Assembly (NCBI RefSeq): GCF_006345805.1
Contig: NC_042998.1
Coordinates: forward strand, 74,214,001-74,278,000
Source: Octopus sinensis
Lineage: Eukaryota
Direction of reading: 5' to 3'
DNA length: 64,000 nucleotides
Position 1 is the first letter of the stretch. Each line of letters begins with the position of its first letter. A model generated the notes under the pieces. It saw only the letters and a program-made list of their open reading frames with translations. It made no database searches and was not told where the DNA came from. Below are positions 25,189 through 36,728 of the stretch, piece after piece. Made by a program: the position numbers and the translations under genes.

Positions 25189-26182
25189 ATACAAAACTGT
25201 TAAAGCTAAATCGGTGGAACATCTTCGAGCTACACATCACAAAGCTGACAGTTGTTGAAATAAAGACTCCAGGCGACATTTGTGTGACCGAGAGTGAAGT
25301 TTACATCCCAAACGACCGATTTCTAATAATAAAACTTTCAATAAAACTGTTGTCTGCAAACTAAAAGGCCAACATTGATTTCTTTTATAGATCTGGTCGT
25401 TTTGGTGATTTTATATCTTTGTTTTAATGCTACGATTGTTGTTATAGCTTAGTTGAGAATGTTGCAAACTGAAAGAAATGTAAAATAAATGAGATAGGCA
25501 GTTACGATGAAAGAAACTACGTGTGTGGATTTAGACAGACAGACATTATAAATTATTGTTTTCACAAGCCTCTCATGACTGAATACACAAGTGAAGACCT
25601 GCAGGCTTTTTGAGGTAAATATAGAGGAATTTCAGCTGTTTTTGATGGATTTGGGGATATAATTCTAGCATCAAATTCATTTCACGTCTGCTTGTTCCTA
25701 TATTGTTCTTACAAGAAACGTTAGACGTCTTCTTACCTACGATTTCAACATAATAAAATGTCTACCACAATAAAAATGCATGTGTAAATACGAATACATA
25801 TATATATATATATACATGCATACACATACACATGTTTTCATATATGTATTCGTATATACACACACACGCACACACACATACTATTAGTATGATTGCTATT
25901 TTTATATTTATAGTTATTATATTTGGTGCTCAGTCGGTTACGACCAACGGAACAGCTTTATCATGAAATTAACGTGCTGGTGGTTTAGCACTCCACAGAT
26001 ACATGTACTCTTAACGTAGTTCTTAAGGAAATTCAGTATAACACAGATATTACTCATTTTTACCAGGTGAGTGGACTGTAGCAACAATCCGCTGGCATTC
26101 AAACTCGCAACCTGAGGATTGTGATCCGAATACACTAGCTATTAAACTAAGCGCCTATATTTGCATATATATTATATATATA

Positions 26183-26228
<46 letters not shown>

Positions 26229-26328
26229 CCTCCTGATGGCCCCCATAAATTTGCTAGCATCCAATATGCGGAACTTTCAACAGCTAGCACTTGCATCTAC
26301 AAGTAGTTCGCAAAAACTCTATATATCT

Positions 26329-27137
26329 GGAGTGGCTGTGTGGTAAGTAGCTTGCATACCAATCACATGGTTCCGGTTTCAGTCCCACTGCGTGACACCT
26401 TGGGCATGTGTCTTCTACTATAGCCTCGGGCCGACCAAAGCCTTGTGAGTGGATTTGGTAGACGGAAACTGAAAGAAGCCTGTCGTATATGTGTGTGTGT
26501 GTGTTTGTGTGTCTGTGTTTGTCCCCCAGCCCCACCGCACCCAACATCCCTTGACAACCGATGCTGGTGTGCTTACGTCCCCGTAACTTAGCGGTTCGGC
26601 GAAATAGAGCGATAGAATAAGTACTAGGCTTACAGAGAATAAGTCCTGGGATCGATTTTCTCGATTTCCAGCAAGGTCGCAGTGAAATGACTGAAACAAA
26701 TAAATGAATAAAAGAAAATATATATAAAGGTACAGTTGTCGCTTTGTGGTAAGAAGCTTGCTTCCCAACTACATGGTTTGGTTCCGGGTTCCATTCCAGT
26801 ACGTGGCACCTTGGCAAGTGTCTTCTGCTATAGCCTCGGGCCGACCAAAGCCTTTTGAGTGGATTTGGCAGACGGAAACTGCAAAGAAGCCCGTCGTGTA
26901 TATATAATATATATATATATGTGTGCGTGTGTGTGCGTTTTTGTGTCTTTGTTTGTCCCCCACCATCGTTTGACAACCGATTTTGGTGTGTTTACTTCCC
27001 CGTAACATAGCGGTTCACCAATAAGAGACCAATAGAATAAGTACTAGGCTTACAAAGAATAAGTCCCGGAGTCGAATTGGTCGACTAAAGGTGTTGTTCC
27101 AGCATGACCGCAGTCAAATGACTGAAACAAGTAAATG
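26329..27137 (+). mobile_element. Two tandem full-length SINE family B copies
   Basis: Copies at about 26329-26712 and 26735-27137 share the same module order and internal microsatellite. Confidence 0.88.
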
Positions 27138-27183
27138 ATTATATGTGTATGTTTGTGTGTGTGTATAAAATACATTATACATA

Positions 27184-28299
27184 TTGGGTCATCCCATTAA
27201 TAATGTGTTGTTTTCAATTGCATGAACTAAAAGTCGGAGGGAGACGGGATAAACTACCTGCATTAACTTGCTATAAAAGCAGGTAGTAATTTAACCTTGT
27301 ACTTATTCTTAGTGCAAGTTTTGAAGAATGCAATTCGATTTTAACAGTTATTTTCTCAAAGCTATAATAGCGTTGACAAAGGAGCGTCATCGGCATATTT
27401 TGCTTTATGAGTTCAATAAAGATAAAGCGCGAGGAATGTTAATGCAGTATATGGGGATCGGGCAAATAAGCGTCAGCCAGTGTCAACGCTGCTTCCAGAA
27501 TTTCCGACCCGTAAACTACAGCCTAGAAGATGAGCCTCGTCCTGGAAGATCTGTAGAGCTCGACGAGGATGTCCTGCAAACTCTGGTAGAACAAAATCCC
27601 ATCGTAGCTGTTGAGGAACTAGTAGAGAAGCTTAGATTTGGTCATTCAACCATTCATCGACACCTGTGTGTTATCGAAAAAGTTAGCAAATTGGGTTAAT
27701 AGCTTCCTCACAAACTTTCCGAGTCTAATCGCGCGCAGAGTGAATGTGTGCTCTTTGCTGTCATGTCACGCTGTCAAGCGCTGAAGATAGTGGGTAGGGA
27801 AAGGAGAAACACCGGCACCCCAGGCTAAAGGTCTTCACCCACCAAGATGCTGTTATCTGTTTGGTGGGATATGAATGGTTTAGTCCACTTTGAACTTTTA
27901 AACTCAAACCAAACGATAACAAAGGAGATCAACTGCGAGCAGCTTGTACTGCTCATACAGCGAGGATGACATTCCAAAGGCTGGAGCAGTTTGAATGGGA
28001 AACGATACCCCACCCACCATATTCGCCGGACATTGCCCCATCTGGTTATCATTTATTCCCCAGTCTTCAAATTCATTTGAACTGAAAAAATATGAATTCT
28101 GTAGACAAGGTCAGAACAGTACCGGAGGAGTATTTTTCGTCACGGACAAGAGAATTTTGAAAGAGGGGCCTTGCAAGTCTACAGATAGGATGGAAGCACA
28201 TTGTAGAAAATGGAGAGTATACTTTAGATTAAAAAAGTGTTTATCTTAATTTTGAAAAATAAAAGTACCAAAAAACGCCTTATTTATAGGATGGCCCAA
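27184..28299 (+). mobile_element. Near full-length mariner transposon with both TIRs and TA target duplication; transposase inactivated
   Basis: Left TA-TTGGGTCATCCCATTAATAATGTG and right CGCCTTATTTATAGGATGGCCCAA-TA. Motifs RHILLYEF, SLEDEPRPGR, KLG**LPHKL (WVPHEL) and HPPYSPDIAPSGYHLF (YSPDLAP). Confidence 0.92.
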
Positions 28300-28742
28300 T
28301 ACATACGTGAGCATGTGTGTGTGTGTGTGTGTGCGCGCGCGCGCGCGTGCAGTTAATATTTTTTTATAAATATAATACAAAACTATAACTAGGTTCGGAC
28401 ATTCACCCCGTATTTTACGGCAAACAATAAATAATTACTCTTATCCACAAAAGAAGAGTAAATCGTTCCACGAGATGAAATCAGCAAGAACACGATATCT
28501 CGAGTGTTAGAAAAATTAATTTGTTAATGACACAAAAAAGGCAAACCTTATTCAGAATCAGGAATCAAAAAAAAAATCCGTTCATCGGTATTTCTGACAA
28601 TAAACACTTTTTGACTATTGCTCGGATTTGTGACCTACCCACTTGGTACAACAATTCCACTATACAACTGATGGGTTTCATCCTCATTCATTTGTATGAA
28701 GTTGCACAGTACAAAACATTTAAACGTTATTCTGCGGCGAAG

Positions 28743-28805
28743 ATCTTTATCTTTATCTTTATCTAGTTTCAGCTCACGAGCTGTGGCCATGCTGGGGCAC
28801 CGCCA
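28743..28805 (-). mobile_element. SINE/LINE-type 3' tail fused downstream of the 5S copy
   Basis: Minus strand GGCGGTGCCCCAGCATGGCCACAGCTCGTGAGCTGAAACTA(GATAAA)3, homologous to the SINE family B tail GGCGGTGCTCCAGCATGGCCGCAGTCAAATGACTGAAACAAGTAAAAGA. Confidence 0.75.
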
Positions 28806-28821
28806 TTTAAATAATGTGCTA

Positions 28822-28940
28822 TGCTTACTGCACCTAGGTTTCCCAAGCGGTCACCCATCTAAGTACTGACTAGGCTCGACGTTACTTAACTTCGGTGATC
28901 AGACGAGAACCGGTGCTTTCAACGTGATATGGCCGTAAGA
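28822..28940 (-). rRNA. 5S rRNA: 5S rRNA copy (119 nt), probably an orphon/pseudogene or the head of a SINE3-like element
   Basis: Reverse complement TCTTACGGCCATATCACGTTGAAAGCACCGGTTCTCGTCTGATCACCGAAGTTAAGTAACGTCGAGCCTAGTCAGTACTTAGATGGGTGACCGCTTGGGAAACCTAGGTGCAGTAAGCA is typical metazoan 5S. Helix I CTTAC/GTAAG pairs. G1 is changed to T and there is no oligo-T terminator. Confidence 0.92.
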
Positions 28941-29702
28941 TATCTATCTCTCGTGTGCTTTCGTCTATTTTATTGCACTTCATATACATGTGCATCTGTT
29001 ATTTATGCATAACTTTGAAAGACTTAACACTAACTTTAGTCTATTAATAATGTATTGCCCATAAGTTGTGCTGAACGAATATAAAGATATTAAAACGGGT
29101 ATTTGCCAGTCATAGAGAAGATAAAATAAATTTTTGGTAAGCGCAGATATAGCCATTTGCTTAAAATGTTCAATTCACAACCACATAGTTTGGGGTTTCA
29201 TTTTACTGTGCAATGCCTTTTACTGTGCAATGCCGAGTTTACTGTGCAATGCCGAGTTGACCAATCCCTTGTAAGAAGAACTGGTAGACGGAAACTTCAT
29301 GGAGACCCCTCGCATTCGTTTGTGTTGTGTGCGAGTGTTTAACCTTCTGTAACGTCTTCGCACGAAATCGGTCGACTAAAGCGGTGACAAGTCGCTGGCA
29401 AAACTCACTGTAGCTCAGCGCTTTTGGAGACAACTGAGGGAAAATGTCCCGTATGTGAAAAACGGTTACGGGTTAACGACAGAAAAAGCATCCGGCAATT
29501 TGTCAATACCTCAACAATATGCTTTTCGTCAAACACATGTTTGTAAGAAAACACGAACGTTAAACAAATAAACGAACTTAACTTGAACCAGATTTGAATC
29601 TTCACTCTTTATTTAACCTGGAGAATAATGATCTTTATAAAACAGTACAAAATAATAAACTTCAACTGTCTTTTCGATATATATACACACACAGACACAC
29701 AG

Positions 29703-29757
<55 letters not shown>

Positions 29758-29825
29758 CACCAGACACACATACACACACACACATATATATATATATACA
29801 CACACAGACACACAGACACACACAT

Positions 29826-29866
<41 letters not shown>

Positions 29867-29883
29867 CACACACAGACACACAG

Positions 29884-29971
<88 letters not shown>

Positions 29972-31120
29972 CCAGACACACATGGGGGATAGACATGTGC
30001 GTGCTTAAGTGTCTATCTATGTACCCATGTATGTTTATAGGTGAATGTCCTCGTGTGTGTACTTGAGTTAGTCTGTTCTGGTGGATTTGTTATTGTTACT
30101 AGTATCACATAGATATATAAAAGTGTGTTTACTTAATTCTTGTACTTGTACAGATTCAGTTATGTCTGGTTCTTTTATACGAACCTTACAATGTCTGATT
30201 CTTCTTTATGCATCAATCATTTTATCTTTCAATAAAATATTTTGTCCAAGAATTCCATGTTTCTACTTCCCCTTACAACAGTTCATCTACTTCCCGTTCT
30301 CTTCGTCAAAACTAGTTTCCGACGAATATGTTATTCAATTACTCTGGAATTATTTCCTTTTCGGTTTCTCTATAATTTTTTTTCCTTCTCAGGCATAGGC
30401 ATGGCTGTAGGATTAAGAAGCTCGCTTCACAGCTACGTGATTTCGAGTTCAGACCCACAGCATAGCATCTTAGACACGGGACAACTGATACCTAATGAAT
30501 GAATTTGGTAAATTGAAACCGCCAGAATAAGTACCGAACTTAAAAAATAAACCCTGGAGTCGGTTTGTTCCACTAAACCCTTCAGAGTAATGCCCCAGCA
30601 TGGCCGCTGATTGAAACAAGTAAGAGTTACAAAATAAAAGATAATCACATTGTAATTGTAAACCTCCCATAACTCGGTTTCAACGTACTTTTTATTATCA
30701 TTTGATATTTCAATTCTCTTCCACTTCCCCATTTTTAATTGATTACTAGACCACACACTTCTTTGATCGTTTTAAAATATTCAATCATATTTTTACCCAC
30801 AGTCTTTTCGAAGATGTACTGATACATTTAACGGGTCGATCCGCTTCTATATTCGGCATTGTAACTTTCCTCAAATTTTAAACCACATGCAAAATACATA
30901 ATGATCGTATTTTCTCCTAAATATGGACTTAAACAGCCATAATTTAAAATTCAACCACTACCACAATCAGATTTAGCATTGCCACTTCATCCACGTCTTC
31001 CTTTCCAGCTTAGCTTTTTCTTTCCTTCCTATTTTATCAAGCTGCGTTCTGATCAATATAACTGAAACACTTTTATAAACCAGTAAGCCAATATATATAA
31101 GTGACATAGGTACAGACACG

Positions 31121-31169
<49 letters not shown>

Positions 31170-32065
31170 TATATGCATACATACATACACACACAGAGAC
31201 ACACACATGCATACATACATTCACACACACAAACACATATACGTACACACGAATGTTTGCGAGTATGTGTGTGCAGATACACTATGTTAATAAAACGTCA
31301 ACCCAAGGAGTCCTACTTCTGAAGTCTGAGACTATAATATATCTCCAGTGTATCGCACTATGTTTAAATTAGTTAAAATATTAAAACAAGCCTCCTCTAT
31401 CTCTTTCTCTTTCTCTTTCTCTTTCTCTTTCTCTATGTGCAAATACTTACGATAAAATATATTTCTGGAAAGAAAAACTCATCTTATTTTATCTGGAAGC
31501 AAATAGTATTATTAGATCATTTTAATTAATAATTTAATTAGGTTTTACTATAGAAAATGATCTGGGAACGGCCGTCAGTTAATTAAATTAGAGAAGTCTT
31601 TCATTAATTGTGGAAAAGAAGAGAAATTCTCATAGATGTATCTTAACACTATCCAATTGTACAACCGAAGTGTGAGATAAAAATTAAATAAGTGAGATCA
31701 GTTATAATCAATTTTCTAAATTAGCTTTTAAACAGAATAGACAAGAACGTGTGAGAGTTGTGTAGCAATGAAGAATGACTGTGACAAGTTGTTTAGAAAT
31801 GTCTTCTAAATTGAACTACATTTCAGTAGAGTTGCACATATCTTTACTAACAGAGCTGCCTTTTATTAAATGTTTGCATATGGTGTGTAAAATTATAACA
31901 TAAAATGTATGCATAAAGATAAGAGGTTCGTATGTAAAAGTGTATTGACAGGCACTTTGTGTGTATGTATCCAAGATGTATTAAAGATATTACTATTGAA
32001 GTGGAGATAAATTATATTTTGTGCACGTACTGACGCACTTATGCCGTGAGTAGCTATCAGTGATA

Positions 32066-32141
<76 letters not shown>

Positions 32142-32143
32142 CC

Positions 32144-32192
<49 letters not shown>

Positions 32193-32650
32193 GTATATGC
32201 ATACATAGTACGTATAATTACATATACGTACACATATATACATATGTATATAGGAAAAAAGAGGGTGGTTGATAGATAGAGAGATAGAGAAATAGAGAGA
32301 GAGAAAAACATACATTCATACATAGAGATATACATATACACAAGGACGGATTTCAATCAGGTGATTGTAATAATTCATATTAAGAAACAACTCCATCCAA
32401 CATAGCAATGATACAGGATATTTATTGTTTTCTTGCAACAGGACCAAATGTTGTCATTCTCATTTCCTCACATAAGAGAGGTTATACGGCCACATAGATT
32501 TGTGTGTGTGTGCGCGCGCGCGTACGTATATATATATTCAGATGAATATGGTACTTAAGTTAAAGGCACCAGAATTTAGTATGGTATTATCCATATAACT
32601 CAAAATGGGGTGATTATAATCAAAATAAGCAACAAGGATATCCAGAGGTA

Positions 32651-32739
32651 ATGCAGTACGATCGTTTCATGCGACTCCATTTAATTTAACAATGCAAACA
32701 TTAACTCAATTTAAAATGTAGAGCAATCTTCAGCTGCAT
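32651..32739 (-). ncRNA. Type I hammerhead ribozyme with long stem II (family H2), core intact
   Basis: Minus strand AUGCAG-CUGAAGA-U-UGC-UCUA..AAUG(UUUG)CAUU..UGGA-GUC-GCA-U-GAAAC(GAUC)GUA/CUGCAU. Stem I is a perfect 6 bp, helix III is the palindrome ACGAUCGU, and a U.U closes stem II. Confidence 0.7.
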
Positions 32740-32859
32740 AAAAATATAGAATTTAGTTAAATTCGAAGGATTCATTTGTATAGTTTTCTTTTTGTGGCTT
32801 TGGATAAAAAGAAAACTATACAAATGAATCCTTCGAATTTAACCAAATTCTATATTTCT

Positions 32860-32948
32860 ATGCAGTTGAAGATTGCTCTACAGTTTAAATTGATGTAATG
32901 TTTGCATTGTTCAATTAAATAGAGTCGCATGAAACGATCGTACTGCAT
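32860..32948 (+). ncRNA. Inverted partner hammerhead (H2) with a C3U change
   Basis: AUGCAG-UUGAAGA-..-GAAAC(GAUC)GUA/CUGCAU. Confidence 0.6.
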
Positions 32949-33191
32949 TACCTCTGAATATCCTTGTTGCGTATTTTAATATATGTGTGTGTGTAGACAC
33001 ATATATGTGTATGTATATATGTATGTATTATGTATGTGTGTATACGTATGTATGTATGTACGTTGGTATGTATGTACGTTGGTATGTATGTACGTTGGTA
33101 TGTATATTTGCATGTGTGTGTTCGCAACTAACGACGATATGAGAAAGCGGTTTATTCATTTGATTCTCTAGAACGCAAGAAATTAAAGGTA

Positions 33192-33228
33192 TCTATGACG
33201 TTTCGAACTTTAGTTCTTCTTCGAAAAG
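33192..33228 (-). ncRNA. Degenerate minimal hammerhead relic (separate family)
   Basis: Minus strand CUUU-UCGAAGA-A-GAAC(UAAA)GUUC-GAAAC-GUC/AUAGA. Stem II, GAAAC and the GUC site are canonical; core positions 3-4 are swapped and stem I is imperfect. Confidence 0.4.
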
Positions 33229-33723
33229 TTTGATAATTAGAAAAAGGGAAAAATTTGAAACGAAAGAAGAATCGGAAGCAACTTGTGAGTCTGTGGTAGG
33301 TTTCATTTGAAACGGTAGAAAATGAATGGATGAATGACCAGGAGTGACAGAAAGTTCATACGTATAAGAGCAACAAAGGAAGAACTGAGAGTAAATTATG
33401 AATTTGTGTGTGTGTGTGTGTCATTAAGATGTATGTGTGCCCAAAAAAAGAAAGCATCAAGTGTGAAGATTATGGATGTAAATTATGCATGTGGTTGTGT
33501 GCGTGCATGTATGTATGTATGTATGTATGTATGTACGTATGTATGTATGTATGTATGTATGTATGTATGTATGTATGTATGCATGTATGTATGTGTTTGT
33601 GAACCATCAAAGCATGTGTGCGTGTTTCTTACCATGTTAGTGTGTGCAATGTAAGCACTCGTACATACTGATGTGAGTTTATAGCTATGGGGTGTATACC
33701 TACGTGTGTACATTAGAGTGTGT

Positions 33724-33758
<35 letters not shown>

Positions 33759-34433
33759 TGTGCATGTACGTATATGTGTTTTTTAGCGTTACAGGAATTG
33801 TGAACCAAGTGTGTATGTGTGTGTGTGTGTGTGTTGTATGTGTATTAGAGAGGGAGAGAGAGAGAGCTAATATGCACGAGCTTCGAAATTTGCGTGCAAG
33901 CGTGTGCATGTATGCGCGTGAGTGTATGCGTGCGTGTGTTATTTTTTAGTGTCAGCGTATATAATGTGAGCCCAGTGTGTGTGAGCTTTACGTGAATAGA
34001 TGTATTGTTGTGAACTATGTCTATGTCTGTGTGTGAGTATGTATTTATGCACGTTAATATGTGTGAGCGTCTGAGTGTTGCCATGTTGTTTTACTGAACC
34101 ACGTATGCATAGATGTATGATTGTATGTGTGCGTTTAATTTGTGTGCGAGTCGTTTAAGTGTGTGTGTGCGTAATTGGTTTGTAGATGTGTGGGCATCAT
34201 GATTAGTGTGCTTATAAAGAAGTGATATAATTTGTAGAAGTGATATTGGTGATATGTTTGTGTCCCTGTTTTTATTTATGCTGTGTGTATGTGTGTGGGC
34301 AGAAAAGTGGTGCTTTTGAGTGAGCTTGCATTTTATGTGTATCTGGATGCATGCGGGTATGAATGTTTATGTATTTGTGTGCCGTGTGTGCGTGTATGTG
34401 TGTGTGTATGTGTGTGTGTGTGTGCGTGCGTGC

Positions 34434-34466
<33 letters not shown>

Positions 34467-34559
34467 TGTGTGTGTGTGTGGAGTGTTGATATACAAGAAA
34501 AAAGAGTAATGGTTTAGCCCGTAAGGAGTAGGTACTTAAAAATTGAAAATGAGTCCTTG

Positions 34560-35400
34560 TTCGTGTCGAAGATGAGAGCCTGGGGAATCGTTGGAAGGGT
34601 TACGCTAAACACGGGGAGATGCCGAGTGAAGTAATCTACAGAGCAGAAGTGGCATGCAACCAAAAGTCATTACCAGGATGGCTGTCCTGAAGATGTTCTG
34701 TAAATCGATAAAATAAGCGTTGCCCCGTCTATCTGAATTGTAGAGGGAGAGCCTTATGCATTAAATAAGATTGGTAGAGGTAAAGCTGGAGAAGTTAGTT
34801 GTATGGAAAAGTTGTGGTTGAATTCAGTAAGGAAGGTGGTGTGGGAGAGAAAATGTAAATGAGGCTGAGGGGAGCAAGATGTTGCCCAGGGTGCATGCTT
34901 GGGTAGAAAAGGAACTATGCGCATGAAGATTACGCACTCAAAGAGGAGGAGTGATGAGTTGGGAAGATGTGTAAAGTGCTGAAGTCAGATAGAAGATTCG
35001 GAATGCACAGAGAACAGTGCACTGGAGAGCTAGTATTGAAAGATAGTAGGTAAAAGGGAAAGGACGGAGGTTGAAGAAGAGGTGGACGAGAGCGGAGGTG
35101 CAGTCGATGTCACAAGCGTGCGTGAGGGCGAATTTGACATGGCAAGGTTTCCGCATCAAGTGAAGAGTTCAGCTATGTATTAAGATTGTATCACAAAGCC
35201 ATGGTCGCCGCTACATAGACGATGGAAGTGGAGAAAATCAGCGTAGGAGAAGAAGTGAAGTTAAAGTAGAAATGAGTATCCGTGGGTCTGTAAAAAATTA
35301 TGATAGTGAGGATTAAGGAGGGGTTATCTGTGTGAGCAGCTAGGATACAAATTGCAGCAAAAATACTTAACACTTTGAAGAAATGAATTGTTTTCAAATG
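34560..35400 (-). mobile_element. Decayed APE-type non-LTR retrotransposon (endonuclease C-terminus and linker)
   Basis: Strong C-rich minus-strand skew. Fragments PTDTHFYFNFTSSPTLIFST, then (frameshift) LCSGDHGFV resembling the APE SDH motif, and later NDFW. Confidence 0.45.
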
Positions 35401-36003
35401 GTTAAATGGTTTTTCCACTATGTGATTGCTTCGCTTTCAACATTCAGCTGCATATCAAGTCATCTGCTGAACACATATATACATACATACATACATACAT
35501 ACATACATACATACATACATACATACATACATACATACATACATACATGCATGCATGCATCCATCCATCCATCCATCCATCCATCCATACATACATACAT
35601 ACATACATACATACATACCTACATACATACATACATACATACATACATACATACAAAAAGAAACCAGCCTACTAGCTTGCATATAAATACAATCTGTAAG
35701 TGGAACAGTAAAACTATGAAAGACTTTTCATAGTTTAAAATGTGACATTGTTTCCGTTATCTACATTCCAAAGATGGAGATTTGTATCTTTGTTAGAAAC
35801 CAGCTCCTTCCTCGGGAGGAGGATTTAAATAATTAAAAACAGAAAAAAACATGCACACACATACATACATACATACATACATACATACATACATACATAC
35901 ATACATTTATACACTATCATCATCATCTCATCTTTTAAAATCCATTTTCCAATCTAGAATAGACATGTGTGTGAGTGTATGTGCGTGTGCGTATGCGTGT
36001 GTA

Positions 36004-36036
<33 letters not shown>

Positions 36037-36728
36037 TTGTGTGTGTGTGTGTGCAGGTGTATTGTCTTATGTGTTGTACAAAATGTAGTTATCCAAAGAT
36101 AATCTTTAGCGAAGTAGCTGATGCGGACTAAATTTTCTTTTGTGTTTTTACCGTGTGTGCATATATTTTTCTCCTATGCAGTGTTTGGTTTATTTTATGG
36201 CTAAAATATCTACGCCCCCGATCATATAAGGTTATATGGTTAAAGAAATTAGATAGTTTAACTATAAGATAAAGCTACAGTATCTAAAAGAGGGCATCAA
36301 GTAATTATTATTGTAACACGATTCAACAGTTTACCAAGAGGACTGAAACCTTGCGCAGTAGGTGACCTTAGTTGAAATTGGATTCAAGCTACTTGAAGCC
36401 GATATCAATAATTCTCGTAGTGCAATACAGTATTCACCCCATATATGCATTTGATCGATATTCAATATAGCATGTCTTAGTTATTGATTGGTCGTGATAT
36501 AAGTGATGTTCTTTAGAAAATATCGTGATTTACTATAAAACAAGATATTAACAAAGTGACCTTCTATAAACACAAGTTCAAACCACTACAGTAGCGATAA
36601 TATGTTTGCTTCCAATATCTGTGGAAACATTCACTTAGCCATTTTCTCAGTTGAACAGTCATGTTTTTATATATAATTATATGGTACCTGTATCAATAAT
36701 CATATATAGAATTCCGTAGGTAACTTAC

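Larger units (their letters stand above)
32622..32977. repeat. About 355-bp palindrome (two arms of about 172 bp, 12-nt loop 32794-32805); each arm holds a family H2 hammerhead
   Basis: AAAATAAGCAACAAGGATATCCAGAGG..TTTTCTTTTT / AAAAAGAAAACTA..CCTCTGAATATCCTTGTTGCGTATTTT, with about 10 mismatches. Confidence 0.92.

Noticed and set aside
29201-29257. Three copies of TTTACTGTGCAATGCC resembling a mini CRISPR array
   Set aside because: Head-to-tail slippage duplication without unique spacers, inside a decayed SINE B, in eukaryotic DNA with no cas genes.
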